From Planctomycetales bacterium (GTDB lineage: Bacteria > 4484-113): a stretch of 18,011 nt of DNA. Both the position numbers and the translations under genes were made by a program. The stretch is taken from assembly GCA_037445915.1 (NCBI GenBank), contig JBBIJQ010000040.1, forward strand, positions 1 through 18,011, given 5' to 3'. The notes under the pieces are model-generated. The model was not told the DNA's origin. It saw nothing but the letters and a program-made list of their open reading frames with translations, and did not search any database. Below are positions 1-7,258 of this stretch, in pieces. Numbering within the stretch: position 1 is the first letter of the stretch; each line of letters begins with the position of its first letter.

Positions 1-2
1 TG

Positions 3-2375
3 GATATGATGGACTCCAACCGGGGCGACCACAGTTGCTTCAGCAAGTATCTGCTCGGCTGGCTCTCTCCAACCATTGCTTTCACAAACTTGAACGACCA
101 GGTGATGCGAAAATCCAACGCATTCCAGGATGCCGTTTTGTTCATGCCGGGCTTTGACCCGACGAGCCCGTGGGCGGAATACTTTATGGCACAAACGCGT
201 TACCGAGAAGGCGCAGACAACTTCGCCCACTCAAACGGTTATTACCCCACCGACGGCAGGATGGCAATCTGGCACGTTGACGCCCGCGTTAGCGCGCTCG
301 GGGGTTTTAACTGGAATAACTCTACCACGTCCCATAAGCTTCTTCGGCTGATGGAGGCGGATGGGCTGGAAGAGATAGAGACTGGCGACTTGCAGGCTGA
401 TATTGGTGATTACTACACAAGCGGCAAGACGCTGACGAACACAACGACGCCGAACTCAAAGAGATACGATGGAACCAGCACCGGCATCATCGTAGATGAC
501 ATTTCTTCTCCCGGCCAGACCATGACCGCCGACTTTACCCTCTACACCAGCAACCCGCCGACAGTGGCGATTACTTCGCCAGGCAACGGGAATACGGTTA
601 GCGGCGATGTCAACGTGGCAATTACCGCTACTGACGATGTGTCTGTCTCAAAAGTGCAGCTTTTCATTGGCGGCGTGATGGTGAGGGAGTGGACGAGCGG
701 GCCTTACACATACACTTGGAACTCACTCGCGGAATTTAACGGAAGCTGCACGATAACAGCCCGCGCATGGGATGGTGGAGGCCAGTCAGGAAGCGATACA
801 ATCACCGTTACAGTCAGCAATTCAGGCAACACTTCGTTCAGCGACAACTTTGAGAGCGGGCTCGGCAAGTGGCGCATCATCAACCATCCGGAAGACTCCG
901 CCGGGATGTTTACCGTCTGGGCTACCCGCGCAAGCCCGGCAACCCCGCCGCCGCTCGGTTCTGGCAATGAGGCATGGATTGACGGCGTGGCTTCCAATGT
1001 TGAATACCTTGCCAGCGACTCGTTGCGCAGCGAGCGAATTAACGCAACCGGATATTCGCGGCCGCTCCACGTCCAATTCTTCTACCGCTGCCGGGGAACG
1101 CTCACGCTTTGGGCGACTACGGATAACGGCCAGTCATGGGCGCGCGTGCAAGACCTCTCTTCCACCAACTCATGGGCCCAATACACAAATGTCCTTGACT
1201 ACGCCGGAAAAGCCGCCTACTTCCGCCTATACTACGGCGGGCGCATCAGGGAGGACCAGAACAACGGCTGGGGCGCAAACGTTGATAACTTCCTGGTGCG
1301 GGAATGTCCCAGCAACCCGCCCACCGCTTCAATTACCTCACCTTCAAACGGAGGCGATGTAACAGGCACACTAACTGTCAACGTCACAGCGACCGATGAT
1401 GTCTCGGTAAGTAGGGTCTTGTTTTACCTAAATAACTCGCTGGTAAGCACTGATACCTCCTCCCCGTGGCAATACACGCGAAACACGCTAAATGACGATA
1501 ATGTCCCCAGCCTGAAGATAAAGGCCGTTGCGGTTGACGGCGACAATCTCGTTTCCATTCCCAGCGAGATAGACGTCGCGCTTAAGAACCCGCGCCCGTA
1601 TCCGGTGGCGGACGACCTGGAAAGCGGGACCAGCAATTGGAGCGTGTCTAATGACTCACGGCAGCCCCAGTGGTCATTGGTTACCAACCAGTCGTATTCG
1701 CCGACGAGTTCTTACGGCTGGGTCGGGTCAGGCTGGCAAACCAGCAGCAATGACCTGCTTACCTACATGGGTTTTCCTCCACAAAGCGGGCGCCAAACCA
1801 TAGACCTTTCAGGTAGCCTGGTGGATGACCCGGTCTTCCGCTTCCGGTACAAGTCGGACATAACATCCACCAGCACCTGGCGCGTTTACTTCTATAACAC
1901 CTGGATAGGCTGGCAAATGCTGACCATTGGAAGCGGCGATGTTGCCAACTGGACGGAAGTGACTTCTGACCTGAAGAACTTTGTTGGCTATTCCGGCCAG
2001 GTCGCCATCTACGCCCTCACAGGAGGGACTGCTAGCGGCGGAACCGGCCTGTGGATAGACGATGTCCGCGTTGAGAACCGCAACATGGCTATTTACAGCA
2101 TCACGCCCAACCGTGCGCTGGCCGGAACTGAAATCACCATCAACGGCACCAACTTCTGGCTCAGCCGGGGCGCAAGCTACGTGACTTTTGGCGGGAATGT
2201 GAACGCCGCTAGCGGCGATTATGTCTCGTGGGGCAATACTCAAATCAAAGTAAAGATCCCGCTTACGGCCAAGAGCGGGGATGTGAAGGTCACCGTCGGC
2301 TCCAAAACGAGCAACGGCAAAGACCTGCGCGTCGTTCTCGGGCCGCCTACTATTGGAGGAGGAGAGCAGTACTAA
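3..2375 (+). CDS. M6 family (immune inhibitor A-like) secreted metalloprotease, 5'-partial, with bacterial Ig-like domains, jelly-roll/MAM-like domains and a C-terminal IPT/TIG domain
   Basis: The frame is open from the window edge. M6 C-terminal-half motifs are present: DMMDxNxGDHxCFSKYLLGW, EYFMAQTR, AIWHVDA, LLRLMEADG, TTPNSKRYDG. Two Big-type repeats (PPTVAITSP..G..VSG.V.V...ATDDVSVSKV), two 'DxFESG..xW' domains and IPT 'ITPNRALAGTEITINGTNF' follow. The HExxH motif would lie upstream of the window. Confidence 0.8.
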   Translation, partial: DMMDSNRGDHSCFSKYLLGWLSPTIAFTNLNDQVMRKSNAFQDAVLFMPGFDPTSPWAEYFMAQTRYREGADNFAHSNGYYPTDGRMAIWHVDARVSALGGFNWNNSTTSHKLLRLMEADGLEEIETGDLQADIGDYYTSGKTLTNTTTPNSKRYDGTSTGIIVDDISSPGQTMTADFTLYTSNPPTVAITSPGNGNTVSGDVNVAITATDDVSVSKVQLFIGGVMVREWTSGPYTYTWNSLAEFNGSCTITARAWDGGGQSGSDTITVTVSNSGNTSFSDNFESGLGKWRIINHPEDSAGMFTVWATRASPATPPPLGSGNEAWIDGVASNVEYLASDSLRSERINATGYSRPLHVQFFYRCRGTLTLWATTDNGQSWARVQDLSSTNSWAQYTNVLDYAGKAAYFRLYYGGRIREDQNNGWGANVDNFLVRECPSNPPTASITSPSNGGDVTGTLTVNVTATDDVSVSRVLFYLNNSLVSTDTSSPWQYTRNTLNDDNVPSLKIKAVAVDGDNLVSIPSEIDVALKNPRPYPVADDLESGTSNWSVSNDSRQPQWSLVTNQSYSPTSSYGWVGSGWQTSSNDLLTYMGFPPQSGRQTIDLSGSLVDDPVFRFRYKSDITSTSTWRVYFYNTWIGWQMLTIGSGDVANWTEVTSDLKNFVGYSGQVAIYALTGGTASGGTGLWIDDVRVENRNMAIYSITPNRALAGTEITINGTNFWLSRGASYVTFGGNVNAASGDYVSWGNTQIKVKIPLTAKSGDVKVTVGSKTSNGKDLRVVLGPPTIGGGEQY

Positions 2376-3886
2376 TGAAACGGTTAACACTTGCAATCGG
2401 CGTAATCGTATCTCTGCTCATCGCCGCAGCGGTTTTCTCGTGCGGCGGTGGGGGAGGCAGCTCAATTCAGCCTGGCATCAGCCCTGGCCCGGTGCAAAAT
2501 CCAACCGGTCCCGGTCAGAAGCCATTCAGGATGTATGCCGAGTTGATTAAGAATTCGTCAGGCGTGCCTACCGGCGTGCGCGTTTCCTGGACGCGCGTGA
2601 CTGCGAGCACAGCGGTCGGCTACTACCTCTACCGCGACGACGAGACTATACCGGCTGGGAATCCGGCAGGCTACGAAGCATTACGCGTGAACGGTGGGGA
2701 GATGATAGGCCAGCCGGGCTCGGGCACGATGGTTACCTTTGACGATTCCTTTGACCCGGAAATCGACTCAAAGTGGTACTACCGCCTCACGGTCGTAAAC
2801 GATACGGGCGATGAGAGCGACTTTTCTAACGAGCTTTCAATCACCATCTCAAGCTTTGACTTCACCGGCTTCTCACCGTCAAGCGGCACCGTGGGCGATG
2901 ATGTCGTGCTAAGCGGCACCAACTTCGGCGTACACGACGACGCTGAAGACGCTGTGTACTTCACCGGCGAGAGCGGCTGGATTGAGGCTGCGATTAGCGA
3001 CTGGGAACAGGAAGAGATAACGGTTATCGTTCCCGTCGGCGCAGTTACAGGCCCCATCCGCGTTGAAGTGGGTGGCTTATATGAAGATTCCACCAGCAAC
3101 TACACAGTACTTGCGCCTGTGATTTCAAACGTCTCGCCAACGTCCGATTACGCTGAGCATAACAACATCACCATAACCGGCTCGCGCTTTGAGGCTACGC
3201 AGGGAACTAGCACAGTGACTTTCAACGGAGTGCAAGTAAGCACCTATGTCTCGTGGTCGGACACCCAAGTCGTAGTGAAAGTTCCTAACGATGCCACGAC
3301 CGGCGATGTGAAAGTGAAAGTCGGCGCGAATGCGAGCAACGGCGTTAGCTTCACCGTCTTGCCACACATTGATTACCTTGACCCCGCCAGCGGAGTCGTC
3401 GGCGATACGTTCGTTATTCACGGCACTGGCTTCGGCGCAACGCAAGGCGCAAGCACTGTGACCCTCAGCGGTGTCGGCCTGCCAGTCTCAAACTGGGGCA
3501 ACCGCACGATAACCGTGACGGTCGCTGAGACGGTAAGCGGCAATGTCGTCGTGACGGCAGGCGGGAATGCGAGCAACGGCGTGTTCTTTGACCTGTCGCC
3601 AAAAGTCACAAGCTTTACTCCGTCAAGAAGCTGGGTGGGGCAATCCGTTACCATTAATGGCACCGGCTTTGGTGCGTCGCGGGGCACGAGCAAAGTGTAT
3701 TTCCACAACGGCGTGGAAGTAACCACCTACACCTCATGGGGCGCTAACCAAATCATCGTTGTAATTCCCGCAGGCGCGGTTACCGGCCCGATCACCGTGG
3801 AAGTTGACGGAGACACAAGCGTATCGTCCAGCAGCATCTTAATTGTGCTTGCGCCTCCGTGGCTTGACGATGTGATCCAATACTAG
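2375..3886 (+). CDS. Lipoprotein with an FN3-like domain and four IPT/TIG repeats (cell surface protein)
   Basis: The ATG at 2375 overlaps the upstream TAA (TAATG), with GGAGGAGG at 2355-2362. Signal peptide MKRLTLAIGVIVSLLIAAAVFS-C with lipobox and Gly linker. FN3-like W...GYYLYR...YYRLTVVN..G.ESDFSN, then four 'P..G..G....I.G..FG...G.S.V.F.G.....SW....I.V.VP' repeats. Confidence 0.85.
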   Translation: MKRLTLAIGVIVSLLIAAAVFSCGGGGGSSIQPGISPGPVQNPTGPGQKPFRMYAELIKNSSGVPTGVRVSWTRVTASTAVGYYLYRDDETIPAGNPAGYEALRVNGGEMIGQPGSGTMVTFDDSFDPEIDSKWYYRLTVVNDTGDESDFSNELSITISSFDFTGFSPSSGTVGDDVVLSGTNFGVHDDAEDAVYFTGESGWIEAAISDWEQEEITVIVPVGAVTGPIRVEVGGLYEDSTSNYTVLAPVISNVSPTSDYAEHNNITITGSRFEATQGTSTVTFNGVQVSTYVSWSDTQVVVKVPNDATTGDVKVKVGANASNGVSFTVLPHIDYLDPASGVVGDTFVIHGTGFGATQGASTVTLSGVGLPVSNWGNRTITVTVAETVSGNVVVTAGGNASNGVFFDLSPKVTSFTPSRSWVGQSVTINGTGFGASRGTSKVYFHNGVEVTTYTSWGANQIIVVIPAGAVTGPITVEVDGDTSVSSSSILIVLAPPWLDDVIQY

Positions 3887-3907
3887 AGGCAGATGCGCTA
3901 AGGACTG

Positions 3908-3916
3908 TGCTAAACT
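3908..3916 (+). promoter_or_regulatory. Putative extended -10 promoter (TGcTAAACT) for the cyclase gene
   Basis: TGn-TAnnnT lies 15 nt upstream of the ATG at 3932, and no Shine-Dalgarno is evident. Confidence 0.4.
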
Positions 3917-3931
3917 ATCGCGGGCGGGTCA

Positions 3932-5230
3932 ATGAGCCGCGATCCTGCACATCTAGTCAATGCGACAATACTGTTCGCCGACCTTATAGACTCGGTGGCT
4001 ATAAGCGCGGTCATGGACTTCTGGGCTTACGATGAGCTGATTACGCAGTATCAGGAGTATTCCCAGAAAGCTGCCGACGAGCTGAAAAGCGACCTGGTCT
4101 CCGAATGCGTCGTAGCGGGTGACCAGCTTGCGCTGTTCCTCTACGACCGCAACCAGGTTGAGCGCAACCGGGAGATAGCCACGCTGCCCGAAGGCGACCC
4201 TGCTCGCCTAAAGCTTGAAGACACAAACCGCGCTTCTGCCGACGAGGCGCTCTACAGCGCGCTGCGAGCTGCGATAGTGCTCAAGAACACCTGGCTGTCA
4301 GCTCCCAAGAACTTTGAGCGCGTTAGCTCGCGCCACCTGCCGTTTGATTTGGGCATTGGCATCCACAACGGCATCTGCGTTCTGCGCGAGCGCGCGGGCG
4401 GCGGCGCCAGGATTGAAGGTTTTGCTATCAACTTTGCCAAGCGCATTGAGGGCTTCGCACGGATGGCGCGCGTGACCCGCGTGATGCTGAGCCGTGGCGC
4501 AACCCAGCGCTTGCGCTTTGCAAAGCGGCACCATGCCGTAATGCGCCAGCGCCTCGGCTTCATCTCGCACTCCCCCGACGAGGGACAGCTAAAGGGGCTT
4601 CACCACGGGCTGGAGTTGTTTGAGTTGAAGTTCTTTCACCGCCTTGCGATACTGCCGCCGGAGGAGCAGGCTTCTGTATTTGAAACCCTCCTGCGCTTGG
4701 ATCCGATAAACGTCTGGGCTTACCACATGGCGGTGGAGCACCTCATTTACCGCAAGAAGGATTACGACAAGGCGAAGGAGCTTGCGCTGATGGCAATGCA
4801 GGCGCGGCCCGACAGCGAGAAGATTTACTACGACCTCGCGACGATTGCGAAGTGCCAAAACGAGCCGTTGCAGGCGAAGTTCTACATTGAGCAAGCGCTC
4901 CACATCAACCCCCAATGGGATATGCTTTATTGCTTCCTCGCCGACCTTGAGGGCGAGATAGGCGGGCGCGATTCGCAGAAAGTTTTGGAATACCTTCTGC
5001 GCGCGTATGCGCTTTGCCCCGACAGCCCGCAAAACTGCTGGGACCTCGGCGAGACCTACTACGACATGGGCAAGAAGGAAGAGGCCTGCAAGTTCATCCG
5101 CAAGGCGGTGGAGGGATATCCCCCGTATGCGGCTGATAAGAGCCCAAAGAACCAACAGCGCCTTGACCTTCTCAAAGCGCTGGGCGTTATGGATTGCGAG
5201 CCCCCGCCCCCACAGCAGGCGCGCAAGTAA
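3932..5230 (+). CDS. Class III nucleotide cyclase (adenylate/guanylate cyclase fold) with C-terminal TPR repeats
   Basis: Cyclase motifs: TILFADLIDS (first metal Asp), AGDQ (second Asp), LGIGIHNG and GFAINFAKRIE (transition-state Asn/Arg). The C-terminal region has TPR-like helices (IYYDLATIA...QALHINP; CWDLGETYYDMGKKEEACKFIRKAVE). Confidence 0.85.
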   Translation: MSRDPAHLVNATILFADLIDSVAISAVMDFWAYDELITQYQEYSQKAADELKSDLVSECVVAGDQLALFLYDRNQVERNREIATLPEGDPARLKLEDTNRASADEALYSALRAAIVLKNTWLSAPKNFERVSSRHLPFDLGIGIHNGICVLRERAGGGARIEGFAINFAKRIEGFARMARVTRVMLSRGATQRLRFAKRHHAVMRQRLGFISHSPDEGQLKGLHHGLELFELKFFHRLAILPPEEQASVFETLLRLDPINVWAYHMAVEHLIYRKKDYDKAKELALMAMQARPDSEKIYYDLATIAKCQNEPLQAKFYIEQALHINPQWDMLYCFLADLEGEIGGRDSQKVLEYLLRAYALCPDSPQNCWDLGETYYDMGKKEEACKFIRKAVEGYPPYAADKSPKNQQRLDLLKALGVMDCEPPPPQQARK

Positions 5231-5255
5231 GTTACGTCTGCGCCGCGCATTCCGA

Positions 5256-5283
5256 TAGACTATCCGAAACTCTGCGCTATACT
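5256..5283 (+). promoter_or_regulatory. Sigma70-type promoter for tRNA-Leu
   Basis: TAGACT (5256-5261), a 16-nt spacer and TATACT (5278-5283), ending 12 nt before the tRNA 5' end. Confidence 0.65.
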
Positions 5284-5295
5284 ACTACCCCCCTC

Positions 5296-5380
5296 GCGGA
5301 AGTGGTGGAATGGCAGACACGCTAGGTTGAGGGCCTAGTGCCCGATTAAGGGCATGGGGGTTCGAGTCCCCCCTTCCGCA
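5296..5380 (+). tRNA. tRNA-Leu(GAG), CCA not encoded
   Basis: Acceptor stem GCGGAAG/CTTCCGC plus discriminator A. D-arm GTGGAATGGCAGACAC. Anticodon stem CTAGG/CCTAG with loop TT-GAG-GG (GAG at 5329-5331). Long variable arm TGCCC-GATTAA-GGGCA. T-arm GGGGG-TTCGAGT-CCCCC. Confidence 0.97.
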
Positions 5381-5487
5381 TTTTCCCTGGCCTGCGACAA
5401 TTCTAATTGAGCACACTTGGCTGACTAGCCTCCGTTTTTGCGGAAAGTCATAAAGCTCCAAGAACTTTATTAGAAGAACTCAAAATA

Positions 5488-5709
5488 GAGTACGCCGGGC
5501 TGACCAACCCGGCTCTAGAATCTCCTCTCTCAGTACGCCGCACTCTAGTGCGGTTCTGGATTCTGGGTGTAGGGCGCGGACTTGTTCCGCGCCTAGGGAC
5601 GGAATGTGGGCTTTAGCCCACATCCCTTGAGTGGTGTGACGGCTAAAGCCGTCACTCCGACCTTATGGGCTCTGGATTCCGCCTGAAGGGCGGGGACCTG
5701 TGCCCCGCC
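5488..5709. repeat. Cluster of REP-like palindromes (about six hairpins in three sub-families)
   Basis: GAGTACGCCGGGCT..CCCGGCTCT (5488-5521) and the related AGTACGCCGCAC..GTGCGG (5532-5553). TGTAGGGCGCGG..CCGCGCC (5568-5593) and TGAAGGGCGGGG..CCCCGCC (5684-5709). An inverted pair, GGAATGTGGGCTTTAGCCCACAT (5601-5623) and GTGACGGCTAAAGCCGTCACTCC (5636-5658). Confidence 0.75.
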
Positions 5710-5710
5710 G

Positions 5711-5760
5711 TCTGGATTCTGGAATCTGGTAGCCTTACCCCTTTCCCCTTATCCCTTCCG
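5711..5760. repeat. Two short 7-bp tandem repeat arrays: (TCTGGWW)x3 and (CCTTNNN)x4
   Basis: TCTGGAT TCTGGAA TCTGGTA at 5711-5731; CCTTACC CCTTTCC CCTTATC CCTTCCG at 5733-5760. Confidence 0.7.
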
Positions 5761-5797
5761 CATGCGCAACCGCGCTTTTCGTATTCGTCATCGGAAC

Positions 5798-5826
5798 AAA
5801 AAAAGGGCTCCCATCGCCGGGAGCCC
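5798..5826 (-). terminator. Rho-independent terminator on the minus strand
   Basis: On the minus strand: GGGCTCCC-GGCGAT-GGGAGCCC followed by T7. Confidence 0.85.
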
Positions 5827-5914
5827 TCGGGGTATCCGACCCCATTATGTTGAGAACGAGCGGGGTTCGCCTCGAACCTCGCTGGTTCGCTGTATCAAGG
5901 CCGCGAGCGGCCTA
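5798..5914 (-). ncRNA. Candidate structured small RNA of ~115 nt, family not recognised
   Basis: Extended -10 TGGTAATAT lies at 5927-5919 on the minus strand. It is followed by three hairpins and an intrinsic terminator, with no credible ORF. Confidence 0.5.
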
Positions 5915-5958
5915 CTGAATATTACCACAAAATCCGCGTTTTGTATTCAACGCGCAGG

Positions 5959-6891
5959 CTAATCGCCCGAAGAATCCTGTAACCTGGAAATTGACGGCTT
6001 GAGCTGGAGCTTGTTCAGGTAAATCCTGAAGTTGGAGTCGCCGATGTAGTCGCCGAAATGGTTCATCAGCGCGAGGATGCTACCCTCCAGGACGTTCATC
6101 CCGAAGCTTCGCCCGTCAATCACCGGCGTCGTCGTAATGAGCCATTCCAGCCCGCGCTCGCGCAGCGCGATACGGTCTTCGTCGGTCGTCGTGTTGGTGA
6201 TGACAATCTTGCCGGCTAGCTTCTCCGGCAAGTTGCGCTTGATGAAATGGTAGTCGCCTGCGATTACGTCCGCCCATTCCAGCCACTTGCGCTGCTTGGG
6301 CTTCGACTTTTCCTGCTTCTCGCCGGTCGGGTACAAGACCTGGAACGGAAGCTTCGTGACCACCGGCAGCAGCGTGTCCGCGACGCGTGACAATCCCCGG
6401 TAGCTGCGGATGGGGAAGGGGATGCCCAGCGCAAATATCATGTCGCCGAAGATAATCTCGCCCGCGGCGCCTGCTAGCACCCGCGCCATACCCGTGCGGT
6501 CAACGCCGCTGACCATGAGGATGCGCTTGCCCCTGATGGGGATGTCCGCGCGCTCGCGCAGCAGGTATTCCATCAGCTCGGGCTCAAGTATGCGCTTAAG
6601 CGTGCTGCCGTCGGCAACCGGCGTCTTCCCGGCTGCGCGCTTGAGCTTCAGCGCATCCCTTACCGTGTGCCGCTTGTTGCCCGAATACAGGTATAGGTCT
6701 ATGCCGCCCAGCCCGATAGCCTGCACCTCAGGCGCAAGCCGCTGGATAAGCTCAACCGCGCGGTAGAACTTGCCGTCCGCGCCGATGCGCTCCAGCGAAA
6801 GCGGCACGCCCAGAAGCTCGGACTTGGCCGTCTTGTCGCGCTTGCTTGAACCAAGCGACACCGAAACAATTCGCAGCGTTTCCCCGTTCAT
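5959..6891 (-). CDS. Conserved hypothetical protein (family often auto-labelled 'quinate 5-dehydrogenase'; function not established)
   Basis: Family-like motifs VSVSLGSSKRD, AIGLGGIDLY, PVADGSTLK, DRxGMA, GDMIFALGIP, LYPTGEKQ, IAGDYHFI, TTTPxIxGRSFGxNVLE. The 310-aa ORF is intact. Confidence 0.75.
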   Translation of the reverse strand: MNGETLRIVSVSLGSSKRDKTAKSELLGVPLSLERIGADGKFYRAVELIQRLAPEVQAIGLGGIDLYLYSGNKRHTVRDALKLKRAAGKTPVADGSTLKRILEPELMEYLLRERADIPIRGKRILMVSGVDRTGMARVLAGAAGEIIFGDMIFALGIPFPIRSYRGLSRVADTLLPVVTKLPFQVLYPTGEKQEKSKPKQRKWLEWADVIAGDYHFIKRNLPEKLAGKIVITNTTTDEDRIALRERGLEWLITTTPVIDGRSFGMNVLEGSILALMNHFGDYIGDSNFRIYLNKLQLKPSISRLQDSSGD

Positions 6892-6899
6892 CCAAGGAG

Positions 6900-6925
6900 A
6901 TTCTAACGCGAATGTCGGCTAAAAT
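6900..6925. promoter_or_regulatory. Back-to-back -10 elements for divergent, probably leaderless genes
   Basis: TAGAAT on the minus strand (6905-6900) is 8 nt before the ATG at 6891. TAAAAT on the plus strand (6920-6925) is 6 nt before the GTG at 6932. Neither gene has an SD. Confidence 0.55.
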
Positions 6926-6931
6926 GGAACT

Positions 6932-7204
6932 GTGCTGAAGCGCACAAAACCGAGCCTTTTTGATATCAGGCGAAAGCCCGGCCAGCTCGATGCCGAAACC
7001 GACATGCGTAAATCAATGTATGCCGCCGGAATCGGCATGACGATTCCCTTCGTCCTTCTCACAGGGCCGCTGATGGGCTGGTTCGTCGGAAGCTGGCTTG
7101 ACGGCCGATACGGCACAAGCTGGATAACCATCGCCGCCGTTCTGCTGGGTCTCGCCGGCTCCATACAGCTCACGGTCAAAATGGTCAAAGAGATAAGCAC
7201 CTAG
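6932..7204 (+). CDS. AtpZ/AtpI family (ATPase_gene1-like) small membrane protein
   Basis: Two TM helices with the typical pattern G....P.......G...G..LD.RYGT.....W......LG... Confidence 0.7.
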   Translation: MLKRTKPSLFDIRRKPGQLDAETDMRKSMYAAGIGMTIPFVLLTGPLMGWFVGSWLDGRYGTSWITIAAVLLGLAGSIQLTVKMVKEIST

Positions 7205-7216
7205 CACCTGGGCGTA

Positions 7217-7225
7217 TGCTACAAT
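7217..7225 (+). promoter_or_regulatory. Extended -10 promoter (TGcTACAAT) for rplY
   Basis: TGn-TACAAT is followed by SD GGAGGA (7241-7246) and the ATG at 7259. Confidence 0.55.
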
Positions 7226-7258
7226 AAGCGCATCTTGAACGGAGGACGAGAGTTTAAA

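Noticed and set aside
2228-2374. 49-aa N-terminal extension of the lipoprotein ORF in the ORF track
   Set aside because: It overlaps the protease gene. The ATG at 2375 has an SD, a TAATG coupling and a clean signal peptide.
3932-5230. Pycsar or CBASS defence system
   Set aside because: No adjacent TM, TIR or cNMP-binding effector is present, and the cyclase-TPR architecture and context are not those of a defence island.
5296-5480. tRNA as the attachment site of an integrated element
   Set aside because: No integrase is present, and I found no duplicate of the tRNA 3' end in the window.
5488-5760. Possible CRISPR array
   Set aside because: The units are dissimilar palindromes without a constant repeat or regular spacers, and no cas genes are present.
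5665-5962. Short ORFs 5665-5853 and 5762-5962
   Set aside because: They run through palindromes and a terminator, lack an SD and show no protein-like features.
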